Part shown: positions 22,669-31,524 of the stretch, in pieces
Layout of the letters: the number at the start of each line of letters is the position of its first letter
Numbering within the stretch: the first letter of the stretch is position 1
IMG/VR virus record: IMGVR_UViG_3300045988_064337
Location: 1-38,228 of that record
From: a virus
Length of the DNA: 38,228 nucleotides
Reading direction: 5' to 3' (one strand)
The notes under the pieces: generated by a model
Told to the model about the DNA's origin: nothing
The model's input: the letters and a program-made list of their open reading frames with translations, nothing else
Database searches by the model: none
Program-made: the position numbers and the translations under genes

Positions 22669-23135
22669 TGACACCTTTTGAAAACGCGATAAAGGAGTAC
22701 CTTGACGCAAGGGCAAAGGAAGACGTCAAGTTCGCTGAGAAGTACTCGAACGGAAAGAAGAGCCTCGAGGAGTGCTGCAGGTTCATACTGGGAGAGATGA
22801 AGAAGAAGGCGGCCGGCGGGATGTACGGGGCGACCGACGCGGAGGTGTTCGGGCTGGCCGTGCACTACTACGACGAGGAGGACATCAAGGTCGAGAAGAA
22901 CGTGAGCGCCGAAGTCGTCATCAACAGGGAGATGACCGAGGAGGAGAAGCAGCAACTGGACAGGCGCAAGGAGGCCGAGAAGAAGACGGCGGCGATGATA
23001 GAGGAGAACAAAAGACGCAAGGAGGAACTCAGGAAGAGGACGGCCGAAGACAAGAAGCACAAGGAGCAGGAGCGGAAGAAGAAAGAACAGGAGGAAGAGG
23101 GACTGCTGTTCCTGTTTGACGAGGAGGACCTGTAG
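22668..23135 (+). CDS. PcfK-like protein (the family that includes anti-CRISPR AcrIIA9)
   Basis: MTPFENAIKEYLDARAKEDVKFAEKY...CCRFILGEMKK...GATDAEVFGLAVHYYDEEDIKVEK, followed by a Lys/Glu-rich tail. The start overlaps the upstream stop (TAATG). Confidence 0.65.
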   Translation: MTPFENAIKEYLDARAKEDVKFAEKYSNGKKSLEECCRFILGEMKKKAAGGMYGATDAEVFGLAVHYYDEEDIKVEKNVSAEVVINREMTEEEKQQLDRRKEAEKKTAAMIEENKRRKEELRKRTAEDKKHKEQERKKKEQEEEGLLFLFDEEDL

Positions 23136-23136
23136 C

Positions 23137-24504
23137 ATGAAGCCGAAAACGAAGAACGAGATTTGGGCCTTGAGGGAGCAGGCGCGGTTGCCGGAGCTTC
23201 CACAAAGGACGCTCGACTGGGCGAAGAGGACACTAATGAGGCACGACGGCTACACGTGGTTCGCCGGAGCCTACAGCAAGAAGCGGAGGGTGGTGTGGTG
23301 CCAGAACTGCGGCAAGGTCGAGTACCTTCCGGTGGACGAGGAGATAAACGAGAGCGCCTATACATGCAGGGAGTGCGGAAGCGTTCTGGTACTTATGAAT
23401 GCTGTCAGGGAACATCCGAAAGAGAAAACGTGCTGCAGAGGGTTCATCGTGGCGAGAGTTCACAAGGGCTGGCAGGTATTCGAGGGCGTGGAACTGGAGA
23501 GGACGGTACGAATCGGGGAACGTCCGGAGTATGCACTGACGAGGCGATATGCAATCTGGATCAACTCCAAGGGAAAGGAAGTCATCACCACGACCGCCTA
23601 CTCAAGGTCCTACAACTACTTCTGCTGGATGCCGGAGGACGGATGGACGATAGGCAGGCACAACGGAACAGCAAGCGGATATTATGTCTACGAGGACATG
23701 TTCGACCTATCCGGAATGGAGACCGCGCCGGGCGGCAGATATCTGCCTGAACTGAGGCGGCGGGGCTGGAAACCGGGAATGAAGGAAATCTCAAGCCTGA
23801 GCATAGAGGACGTGTGCCGCACCCTGCTGAGGTCGAGCGTGGCGGAGACGCTGCTGAAAGCCGGACAGTATGCGCTGTTCAAGGCGCTGATGTTAGAGGG
23901 GAAAGGCAACCGGGTCGAGAAGTTCTGGCCGAGCGTCAAGATAGCGCTGAGGCACGGGATGAAGTACAGGACAAGTGATGACATCTTCCTGTGGCTCGAC
24001 TACCTCTCAGGGCTGGAGGAGGAACACAGGGATATGAGAAGCCCCAAGTGGCTCCTGCCTGATGATCTGAACCGGGCACACCGCGCTCAGATTGAGAGAA
24101 AGCATGCGGCTTACGAAAGAGAAAGGAGGCTGGCACAACTGAAGGAGGGTCAGAAATTCGATGAGGAACTGAGGAAGAGAATCGGCATAGTGGCTGGATT
24201 TGTCCTCACTGACGGAGACCTTGAGATTAGTCCGCTGAAGACGGTCAATGACTTCTACATCGAAGGCCAGACCTTGAATCACTGCGTCTTTTCTATGGGC
24301 TACTATAAGCGAAAGGGCAGCTTGATACTTGGTGCAAAAGTTAAAGGCGAGCGTACAGAGACAATAGAAGTCGATTTGAGGGAATTCTCTGTCGCCCAGT
24401 GCCGTGGCAAGAACAACATGGACAGCCCGTATCACAAAAGGATAATGAGCCTTATGTCGTGCAACCTCGGAAGTCTCAAGGATATGTACAGGAGGGTGCA
24501 GTGA
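23137..24504 (+). CDS. PcfJ-like protein
   Basis: 455 aa, immediately downstream of the PcfK-like gene. The C-terminal part reads DFYIEGQTLNHCVFSMGYYKRKGSLILGAKVKGERTETIEVDLREFSVAQCRGKNN, and there is a CxxC...CxxC motif near the N-terminus. Confidence 0.6.
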   Translation: MKPKTKNEIWALREQARLPELPQRTLDWAKRTLMRHDGYTWFAGAYSKKRRVVWCQNCGKVEYLPVDEEINESAYTCRECGSVLVLMNAVREHPKEKTCCRGFIVARVHKGWQVFEGVELERTVRIGERPEYALTRRYAIWINSKGKEVITTTAYSRSYNYFCWMPEDGWTIGRHNGTASGYYVYEDMFDLSGMETAPGGRYLPELRRRGWKPGMKEISSLSIEDVCRTLLRSSVAETLLKAGQYALFKALMLEGKGNRVEKFWPSVKIALRHGMKYRTSDDIFLWLDYLSGLEEEHRDMRSPKWLLPDDLNRAHRAQIERKHAAYERERRLAQLKEGQKFDEELRKRIGIVAGFVLTDGDLEISPLKTVNDFYIEGQTLNHCVFSMGYYKRKGSLILGAKVKGERTETIEVDLREFSVAQCRGKNNMDSPYHKRIMSLMSCNLGSLKDMYRRVQ

Positions 24505-24520
24505 TTTAGCAAACAGAGAT

Positions 24521-24811
24521 ATGAAAGCAAAATTGTTACTTACGGACGGACGCGAGATTGAGATAGAGCCGTCAAACGGAGAGACATTCGAACTGGAGGA
24601 AATGTACGGCATCCTCAAGTGCGACCTGATTGAGATTGTAACACTGGCCAACTCGGAGGACATCCTGGTCATCGACGAGGAGGGCAAGTTCAAGTCTGAC
24701 AACCCGATAAACGAGAGGGCCACGAGTATAGCCGTCAGGCACTACGGAATCATTCCGTCCGACGTCATTGTCGGAAACGCAATCCTCTGCCACACGAGTA
24801 TGGTAGAGTAG
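24521..24811 (+). CDS. Small protein, DUF3846-like
   Basis: Contains LEEMYGILKCDLIEIVTL...ILVIDEEGKFKSDNPINERAT...VIVGNAIL. Confidence 0.45.
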   Translation: MKAKLLLTDGREIEIEPSNGETFELEEMYGILKCDLIEIVTLANSEDILVIDEEGKFKSDNPINERATSIAVRHYGIIPSDVIVGNAILCHTSMVE

Positions 24812-24844
24812 CAGAAGTTCAACCACCAAAAACAATAGAGAATT

Positions 24845-25117
24845 ATGGCAACATTAAAACCAATTGATTTCAAGCTTGCAAACCGCAAGTTGTATGCGCC
24901 TTCAGTGGAAGGCTGCTGTAGCAAGATCCCGCTTCCTGTATTTACTGACGAAGTGCAATGTGTGAGTTGCTGGAAGTGCTCATTCTTGGACAGACTCAAG
25001 ATTCTGTTCACTGGGCGCGTCTGGGCGAGCGTCAGAAGCGGCAGCACCCAGCATCCGATGTGGATAGCGGCTGACTATCCGTTTGTTGAAGATTCTGAAA
25101 AAAATAACGGGCTTTAA
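24845..25117 (+). CDS. Hypothetical Cys-rich protein
   Basis: 90-aa ORF with a CVSCWKC motif. Confidence 0.5.
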   Translation: MATLKPIDFKLANRKLYAPSVEGCCSKIPLPVFTDEVQCVSCWKCSFLDRLKILFTGRVWASVRSGSTQHPMWIAADYPFVEDSEKNNGL

Positions 25118-25121
25118 AGTT

Positions 25122-25526
25122 ATGAAATGCAATGAACTAATGGTCGGCGACTGGATTGCCGATGCGCTCGGAATCCCTATGCAGGTCATATCCGTCGGCT
25201 ATACCTACGCCTATGCCGAAAGAATTGATGAAAAAGACTACGACTGGGAGGAGTTTGAAGACAAGGAATGCAAGCCTTATCCTATTCTCCTGACGGACGA
25301 GTTCTTCGAGAAAAACGACTTCGACAAGAACATTCTTTGCTGGACTGAAGGAAGCATAAACTACGAAAAGGACGGGAGTAACGGCTATATAATCTCAATC
25401 GGGATGTTTAAACTGTCAGACGGACCGCTTGCTGACGTACACTATGTGCACGAGTTGCAGCAGCTCTTGAGGCTTGGCGGATACACTGAATTGGCAAACA
25501 ACGTGAAACTGACAAATAACGACTAA
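25122..25526 (+). CDS. Hypothetical protein (from MKCNELMVGDW)
   Basis: The ATG at 25122 is in frame with the listed ORF 25083..25526. Confidence 0.55.
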   Translation: MKCNELMVGDWIADALGIPMQVISVGYTYAYAERIDEKDYDWEEFEDKECKPYPILLTDEFFEKNDFDKNILCWTEGSINYEKDGSNGYIISIGMFKLSDGPLADVHYVHELQQLLRLGGYTELANNVKLTNND

Positions 25527-25535
25527 TAAAGAATT

Positions 25536-26057
25536 ATGGCAAGAATAATTTACAAAGAAGGCCTTGAAGGCCAAAATCGCCTCGAATGCATCGAGGGTAT
25601 CGAAATTGACCTGCTTAACGGGCAGAAGGCGCTCATCTATCCGAAGTATTCGAAGGAGGTGATGCTTCCGGCGGATAAGATAGCATCTTGGAAGGCAACG
25701 GGAGTAAACGCGATTGATGCTCTGAAGAAGAAGGACAATCAATGGGCAACAGGAGCGCTCTTGAAGTGCGGAAGTCCTGCGGCCGAATATGTCAGCAATT
25801 TCAGCTCTGACAAACACAGCATCTTTGGATTGCCGACCTTGCTGGCAGCTCTGGAAATCCAAAATCAGAAGAACGACATCGATGCTCTGGCAATCACTAT
25901 CAAGGGAACCGATTTGCTTAGCAGCTTCACCAGTATCGTATGGTCTTGTTCCCGGAACAGCAGGATCTGCGGTTGGCTTGCGAGCGGCAACGTAGGTTGT
26001 AGCTTAGGCGACGTCTTGTACTACTCGTACCTGGCTGTTCCGGTCATTCTTTACTAA
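25536..26057 (+). CDS. Hypothetical protein
   Basis: 173-aa ORF. Confidence 0.55.
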   Translation: MARIIYKEGLEGQNRLECIEGIEIDLLNGQKALIYPKYSKEVMLPADKIASWKATGVNAIDALKKKDNQWATGALLKCGSPAAEYVSNFSSDKHSIFGLPTLLAALEIQNQKNDIDALAITIKGTDLLSSFTSIVWSCSRNSRICGWLASGNVGCSLGDVLYYSYLAVPVILY

Positions 26058-26099
26058 CAACGGCGGGGCGTTTGCCCTGCCTTAAAATCGAAAATTATT

Positions 26100-26369
26100 A
26101 TGACAGCTTGTGATTTTTGCACGTTTCAAGGTGAAACTATGTGTTTTGCCGGACAGGATCTCACAAACAAAAATTTATGTGACAGAATCAGGCTCTTCAA
26201 TACTGGCAAGAGAATAGCCAATGAACGTGCGCTTGCTCTCTACGAGCAAGAGCTGCGGAGGTTCAAGAAAATACTCAATGTCGTTTCTAAAGACGGAACT
26301 GGCGGAGAGTTAATATCAGTGGGCGGCAGCCTTGTGGACTTTAAAAAAGCATTGGAATATGACAAATAA
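26100..26369 (+). CDS. Hypothetical protein
   Basis: 89-aa ORF. Confidence 0.5.
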   Translation: MTACDFCTFQGETMCFAGQDLTNKNLCDRIRLFNTGKRIANERALALYEQELRRFKKILNVVSKDGTGGELISVGGSLVDFKKALEYDK

Positions 26370-26943
26370 AACTCAAATGAAAACAGACAAACTTATACTC
26401 GATGCTTGTTGTGGCGGGAGAATGTTCTACTTCGACAAGAACGATGACAGAGTGTTATTTCAAGACATTCGCAGTTTTGAAACGACACTGTGTGACGGAC
26501 GAAAATTTGAAATAAAGCCTGATATTCAGGCAGACTTTACAAACATGCCATACGAAGATGAAAGTTTTCAAATGATTGTATTCGACCCGCCACATCTTTT
26601 AAGGAATGTTGGAAACTCAAAGTTTGCTGAAATATATGGAAGTCTTAATGAGAAAGCCAAACCAACCGGTTATCAGCAAATAAAGTATGGCGCACTTTAT
26701 TCTGACTGGAGAGATATGCTTTCTAAAGGATTTTCGGAGTGCTTCAGAGTTTTGAAAAAAGGTGGATTTCTCATATTCAAATGGAACGAAACCGACATAA
26801 AGGTCTCTGAAATTCTCAAACTAACTCCGGAGAAACCCATATTCGGACATAAATCCGGGAAACGGTCAAATACTCATTGGATATGTTTTATGAAAGGAGG
26901 TAGCAATGAAACGATACCGGATTGTGAGAGGCGAAAGCTATAA
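26359..26943 (+). CDS. SAM-dependent DNA methyltransferase (amino-MTase type)
   Basis: LDACCGG matches the SAM-binding motif I, and FDPPH matches the catalytic DPPY-like motif IV. The start is uncertain (26332, 26359 or 26377). Confidence 0.6.
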   Translation: MTNKTQMKTDKLILDACCGGRMFYFDKNDDRVLFQDIRSFETTLCDGRKFEIKPDIQADFTNMPYEDESFQMIVFDPPHLLRNVGNSKFAEIYGSLNEKAKPTGYQQIKYGALYSDWRDMLSKGFSECFRVLKKGGFLIFKWNETDIKVSEILKLTPEKPIFGHKSGKRSNTHWICFMKGGSNETIPDCERRKL

Positions 26944-27076
26944 CGGCTGTATTCCTATCACGGTGTATTGGGTACAGGTCCGTGTTGATAAGAGGTTCAC
27001 GTGCGAATATGTGAACGTGAAAGGATTTGAATCATACAGCCGTGCCGAAGAATTATTGAACTACTTGAATGATTGA
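26906..27076 (+). CDS. Small hypothetical protein (56 aa, below the ORF-track cutoff)
   Basis: AAAGGAGG lies 6 nt upstream of the ATG. Translation: MKRYRIVRGESYNGCIPITVYWVQVRVDKRFTCEYVNVKGFESYSRAEELLNYLND. Confidence 0.45.
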   Translation: MKRYRIVRGESYNGCIPITVYWVQVRVDKRFTCEYVNVKGFESYSRAEELLNYLND

Positions 27077-27078
27077 AT

Positions 27079-27507
27079 ATGAGTTATATCGAAGCATTGA
27101 AAGCGCTCGAGGACTGGCAGCGAGGAGTGACAGGGAAGCGCCGGCGGCATCCGGGGCACGCGGAGGATGACCTGCAGATGCAGTGTGTCCGCTGGTTCCG
27201 GCTCCAGTTCCCGCAGCTCTCCAGGCTCCTGCACCATTCCCCAAATGGTGGCCGCAGGGATGCAAGAGAGGGTGCGAGGTTCAAGAAGATGGGAACGCAG
27301 CCCGGCTTTCCTGACCTAATCCTGCTCGTGGCATCTCAGGACTACCACGCGCTGCTCATCGAATTGAAGACGCGCACAGGACGGCAGCAGGACAGCCAGA
27401 AGGACTACCAGAAACGAGTCGAAGCACAGGGCTACAAGTATGTCGTAGTGCGGTCGCTCGAGCAATTTATGGCCGAAATGAAGGCTTACCTTATTGTAAG
27501 TGATTAA
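27079..27507 (+). CDS. VRR-NUC domain nuclease
   Basis: Contains EDDLQMQCVRWFR...HSPNGG...GFPDLILL...LLIELKTRTGRQQDSQ. Confidence 0.8.
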   Translation: MSYIEALKALEDWQRGVTGKRRRHPGHAEDDLQMQCVRWFRLQFPQLSRLLHHSPNGGRRDAREGARFKKMGTQPGFPDLILLVASQDYHALLIELKTRTGRQQDSQKDYQKRVEAQGYKYVVVRSLEQFMAEMKAYLIVSD

Positions 27508-27529
27508 CTTACTTAAGTGAAAATTTACT

Positions 27530-27537
27530 TAACTTTG
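27530..27537 (+). promoter_or_regulatory. Candidate -7 box TAACTTTG
   Basis: Exact TAnnTTTG match, 18 nt upstream of the ATG at 27556. TTACTTAA direct repeats flank it. Confidence 0.3.
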
Positions 27538-27555
27538 TAAAGAAAAATAACAGAA

Positions 27556-28830
27556 ATGAAAACAGGACACCAACGAATAGCCATCTCCTTGTTGGAGACG
27601 AACAAAGGACAAATTGAAGGACTGCCGGCCAACCCGAGGCAGTGGACAAAGGCGCAATTCGAGCAGCTGAAGGCATCAATCAAGGAAACGCCAGAACTGC
27701 TTGAGGCTCGCGGCTGCATTGTGGATTACCACGACGGCAAGTACGTATGCCTTGGCGGAAATATGCGTTATATGGCGTGCAAGGATTTGGGAATGACTGA
27801 TGTTCCGTGCTATGTCATTCCGGAGGGCACCTCGGTGCTGAAGAAGAAGGAGATCGTGGCGAAGGACAACGTCTCGATGGGGGAATGGGATTATGACGCA
27901 CTGGCGAATGAGTGGGGTGATCTGGACTTGGAAGGCTGGGGCGTGCAAATACCTCCGGAGTGGGGAGCAGCCGCAGCTGATGCGGCCGAAACCGATTCTA
28001 CCGATTCTATGGGGCAGGCGCATGATGACGAATTCGATGAAAAGGAGTCTCAAATTGAGAAGAAATGCTCAAAGGGTGACATTTGGAGCCTTGGAGAGCA
28101 CAGGCTCATGTGTGGAGACTCGACCGACGAGGCTGCGATAAATAGTCTGATGGACGGAGACAAAGCCGACATGGTTTTCACAGACCCGCCTTATGGAGTC
28201 AGTATCGGAGATAAGAACGCGGCTCTCAACAGCGTCCAGAAGGCTGGACTCTGTTGCAAGAACATTGAAAACGACACCTTGAGCGCTGATGAGTTGTATC
28301 CGATACTCGTGAAAGCGATGACGAATGCGCGGTTGTCATGTAAGGAAGACGCTTGCTATTTCGTGACATCGCCGCAAGGTGGGGAGCTCGGATTGATGAT
28401 GATGATGATGAAAGACGCTGGGTTGCCGGTGAGGCACATGCTAATTTGGGAGAAGAACTCAGCGACGTTCAGCCTCGGAAGACTTGATTACGACTATCAG
28501 CACGAGCCGATATTCTACACATGGACGAAAAAGCATCACAACTATCGGAAGGGGCAATATCGCACGACAATATGGAAGTATGACAAGCCAAGGAAGTGCG
28601 ACCTGCATCCTACGATGAAGCCTGTCGAGCTGGTGGCCAACTGCCTAAACGACGCAACGAAGGCGGGTGACATTGTGCTCGATGTGTTCGGAGGTTCCGG
28701 AACGACAATGGTAGCTTGCGAACAGCTCGGGAGACGTGCCAGGCTGATGGAATTGGACCCGCACTATTGCGACGTCATACTTGCGAGGTGGGAAAAACTT
28801 ACAGGCAAACATGCCGTGAAAATTGAATAG
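27556..28830 (+). CDS. ParB-like N-terminal domain fused to a DNA N6A/N4C methyltransferase
   Basis: The N-terminus reads LPANPRQWTKAQFEQLKASI...GGNMRYMACKDLG. The MTase motifs are FTDPPYGV and HPTMKPVELV...VLDVFGGSGTT. Confidence 0.85.
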   Translation: MKTGHQRIAISLLETNKGQIEGLPANPRQWTKAQFEQLKASIKETPELLEARGCIVDYHDGKYVCLGGNMRYMACKDLGMTDVPCYVIPEGTSVLKKKEIVAKDNVSMGEWDYDALANEWGDLDLEGWGVQIPPEWGAAAADAAETDSTDSMGQAHDDEFDEKESQIEKKCSKGDIWSLGEHRLMCGDSTDEAAINSLMDGDKADMVFTDPPYGVSIGDKNAALNSVQKAGLCCKNIENDTLSADELYPILVKAMTNARLSCKEDACYFVTSPQGGELGLMMMMMKDAGLPVRHMLIWEKNSATFSLGRLDYDYQHEPIFYTWTKKHHNYRKGQYRTTIWKYDKPRKCDLHPTMKPVELVANCLNDATKAGDIVLDVFGGSGTTMVACEQLGRRARLMELDPHYCDVILARWEKLTGKHAVKIE

Positions 28831-28842
28831 ACAAGAAAAGAT

Positions 28843-29313
28843 ATGGCTGACAATTTATGGGACTTAGATTTTTCCGCTTGGGGAGGAAAAGACAAGAATC
28901 AGGATCCTGAACAGCAGGCGATGCAGGCAACGACATCTCACAGGAGGAAGACAGCGCTGCTCGAGATTTCGCAGAAATACGAATACCGGCGTGCTTTCAG
29001 CGAGATGAAACTGCTTGACCTTTGCGGTGAGTTCAAGTTTACGGAAGGGCACTCGTACAACTTCCTTACAGGAGGAGACATTGACAGCCTGTCTTTCTTG
29101 AAGTGCATCCTGCGGCAGCAGAACCTGGAGCATTGCCTTGCGGCAACATGGTGTCTCGCAGGAGAAGACATCCTCCAGTTGGAGGAATGGGTGAAGGAAG
29201 GAAAGATAAGGCACCTGGACATGTACTTGGGCGAAATCTTTCCGACAAGCTACATCATCGAGTGGGCAATGCTCAAGGACATGTACGAGAGGCATCCGGG
29301 GCTTGGGAGATAA
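28843..29313 (+). CDS. Hypothetical protein; N-terminal part of a possible PLD/HKD-like protein
   Basis: 156-aa ORF ending at TAA 29311-29313. Confidence 0.55.
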   Translation: MADNLWDLDFSAWGGKDKNQDPEQQAMQATTSHRRKTALLEISQKYEYRRAFSEMKLLDLCGEFKFTEGHSYNFLTGGDIDSLSFLKCILRQQNLEHCLAATWCLAGEDILQLEEWVKEGKIRHLDMYLGEIFPTSYIIEWAMLKDMYERHPGLGR

Positions 29314-29499
29314 GCGGTATTCCGCAACCACTCAAAGATTTTCGCGGGAACGGGCGACAAGTTTTCCTTCGGAATTCAGTCGAGCGCGAACATAAATACT
29401 AACCCGCGAACTGAACAAGCCTGCATAACTATTGACCGAGGCTTGTATGAGTTTTACAAAGAATACTTTGACGGAATAATAACAATTGCAAAGGAGTGA
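29314..29499 (+). pseudogene. In-frame, stop-free continuation of 28843..29313 that carries an HKD-like motif
   Basis: 61 open codons read AVFRNHSKIFAGTGDKFSFGIQSSANINTNPRTEQACITIDRGLYEFYKEYFDGIITIAKE*. There is no internal ATG or GTG start. Confidence 0.4.
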
Positions 29500-29501
29500 C
29501 T

Positions 29502-29735
29502 ATGGCACAGAGAGAAATCACAGAAGACCAATTCATCGCGCACTGCGACGAAAGCTTGCGGCAACTTGCACGCGAGGTGCGACGCTGCGACTTGACGATT
29601 TACGAGATTGCAAGGCTGTCAGGTCTGTCGTGGCGCTCGGTCAAGAAGGTGAGCGACGGAATACCCGTCCGCTTCGACACCATCGACCGAATCAAGATGG
29701 TGCTCGAAAGGCATGCAACCGCTATCGGCAATTAA
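29502..29735 (+). CDS. Small HTH DNA-binding protein
   Basis: AAAGGAG RBS. Contains LTIYEIARLSGLSWRSVKKV. Confidence 0.55.
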   Translation: MAQREITEDQFIAHCDESLRQLAREVRRCDLTIYEIARLSGLSWRSVKKVSDGIPVRFDTIDRIKMVLERHATAIGN

Positions 29736-29750
29736 ACGGGGAGATGCGTC

Positions 29751-30161
29751 ATGGGAAGACCAGGAAACAAGAACATCGCCAGCATAGGCAGGGAGACGCG
29801 ATTCAGCAGCAGCAACCAGCCACGGAAGAAAGGCAGGAAACCGAGCATCCTGAAGAAGCTGAAGGCAATCGGGCTGAGCCACGAGGACATAACCGGCTTG
29901 CTCGAGAACATCATCATGGCGAACAAGCAGGAGGCTCAGGAGATGCTTAAGAACCCGGAACTTCCGATAATGGCTGTCGGATACCTTTCCGCACTGATTA
30001 AGGAAATACAAGCCGGAAAGAGCTTCACCATAGAGGCAATCATCGACCGGCTCGACGGAAAGGCCACGCAGAAGGTGCAGGCTGAGACTACGCTCAGAGA
30101 CGCGCAGCCGCCTGCTATCTACTTCGGTGAAGAAGATGACGAGGTAGCGCAGGAGGAATAA
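29751..30161 (+). CDS. terS: Terminase small subunit
   Basis: The basic N-terminus reads GRPGNKN...NQPRKKGRKPS. It lies directly upstream of and overlaps terL (TAATG). Confidence 0.65.
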   Translation: MGRPGNKNIASIGRETRFSSSNQPRKKGRKPSILKKLKAIGLSHEDITGLLENIIMANKQEAQEMLKNPELPIMAVGYLSALIKEIQAGKSFTIEAIIDRLDGKATQKVQAETTLRDAQPPAIYFGEEDDEVAQEE

Positions 30162-31402
30162 TGCTATTCTCGCCGAAATACAAGCCATTGTTTCGCGCAA
30201 TGCCGGACACCCGTTATACGCTCGTGAAGGGCGGTCGAGGTTCCGGCAAGTCGTATGCTGTCAATACTGCTCTGTGCCTGAGCACATATCGCGACCCGTT
30301 GAACATCCTGTTCACGCGCTACACAATGACATCGGCGGAAGTGTCCATCATTCCTGAATTCAGCGACAAGGTTTCAGCCCTGCAGATTGAGGATCACTTC
30401 AGGGCAAGGGCTACCGACATCGTGAATCTTTCCACCGGAGCAAAAATCATCTTCAGAGGTCTGATGGCATCCTCCGGCAATCAGGTCGCCAAACTGAAAT
30501 CGCTCCAGGGCGTGAAGACGTGGGTGCTGGACGAGGCCCAGGAACTGACCGACCCAGAACTTTTCGACACCATCGACTTTTCCGTCCGAACTCTCGAGGC
30601 GCCGAACCAGATCATCCTTTGCTTCAACCCTACGGATGTCCATTCGTGGATTTATGAACGCTTCTACAAGAATGTGCCTGAAGGCTTTAACGGCGTCATT
30701 GACGATGTCCGCTACATCTCCACCACCTACCTCGAAAACAAGCAGAACCTCGACCGGACACTGCTACGACAGGCTGAGAAGATGCGCCTCGCGGATTACA
30801 CCAAGTACCGCAACATCTGGCTCGGTGAATGGGCCACGCTTTCGGAAGGAATCATATACAAGCAGTGGAAGGAGATTGCCCTGAACGACTGGCCAAAGGC
30901 TCTGCCCTGCTTCTACGGCGTTGACTGGGGATACTCCAACGATCCGACGGCGGTCGTCTGCTGTGCCTATGACATCGACACGAAGACGGTCTACCTGCGT
31001 GAAGTCTGCTACCAGCCTCGACTGCTCGCAGGACATATCGCGCGGATCATATACGAGGACATGGAGACATGGGGCGTCAGCCGTGAGGCGGACATCTACT
31101 GCGACCCTGCACGACCTGAACACATCGGTGAACTGCGGATGAACAACCTCTGCGCGATGCCGGCAGACAACCGGAACAAGGCCGGACGAATATCCTACCT
31201 TCAGTATTTCTCCGTCAGATATGCCGGTGCGAACATCAAGTGGGAGAGCGAGCGCTACTCCTGGAAGCCGGATCCGAAAGACCGGAGCCACTATCTGAGC
31301 GAGCCGCAGGACGGCAATGACCACCTCATGGATGCCATCAACTATGCCTGCGTCACAAAGCTCCGATACCTCGGACAGACAAACAATCTGGGCGAGCGCT
31401 GA
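30161..31402 (+). CDS. terL: Terminase large subunit
   Basis: Walker A is VKGGRGSGKSY. Walker B is WVLDEAQEL. The nuclease motif is GVDWGYSNDPTAVV. Confidence 0.9.
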   Translation: MLFSPKYKPLFRAMPDTRYTLVKGGRGSGKSYAVNTALCLSTYRDPLNILFTRYTMTSAEVSIIPEFSDKVSALQIEDHFRARATDIVNLSTGAKIIFRGLMASSGNQVAKLKSLQGVKTWVLDEAQELTDPELFDTIDFSVRTLEAPNQIILCFNPTDVHSWIYERFYKNVPEGFNGVIDDVRYISTTYLENKQNLDRTLLRQAEKMRLADYTKYRNIWLGEWATLSEGIIYKQWKEIALNDWPKALPCFYGVDWGYSNDPTAVVCCAYDIDTKTVYLREVCYQPRLLAGHIARIIYEDMETWGVSREADIYCDPARPEHIGELRMNNLCAMPADNRNKAGRISYLQYFSVRYAGANIKWESERYSWKPDPKDRSHYLSEPQDGNDHLMDAINYACVTKLRYLGQTNNLGER

Positions 31403-31480
31403 CGCCTTGGGCATTGTTGAAACTCTACCAGAAATCGGTGATATTTGGGCAACTTAAACGCTCATATATGCACATTTGAG

Positions 31481-31505
31481 AAAATAGCCCCGCTGGGGCT
31501 ATTTT
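31481..31505 (+). other. Perfect 11-bp hairpin AAAATAGCCCC-gct-GGGGCTATTTT
   Basis: It lies in the terL-portal intergenic region, flanked by the similar tracts atttgggcaa and ttttggggcaaa. Confidence 0.5.
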
Positions 31506-31524
31506 GGGGCAAATTTGAAATTAT

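Noticed and set aside
22644-24723. Long minus-strand ORFs (22644..23138, 22868..23365, 24007..24723) opposite the PcfK-like and PcfJ-like genes
   Set aside because: They have poly-Leu/Ser/Arg composition generated by the antisense of Glu/Lys-rich codons. The same reasoning applies to 30764..31414 (opposite terL), 36127..36753 and 36560..37045.
29486-29950. 154-aa alternative-frame ORF overlapping the HTH and terS genes
   Set aside because: The translation is Arg/His/Gln-rich and low-complexity. The two in-phase genes 29502..29735 and 29751..30161 have RBS or coupling signals and recognisable features.
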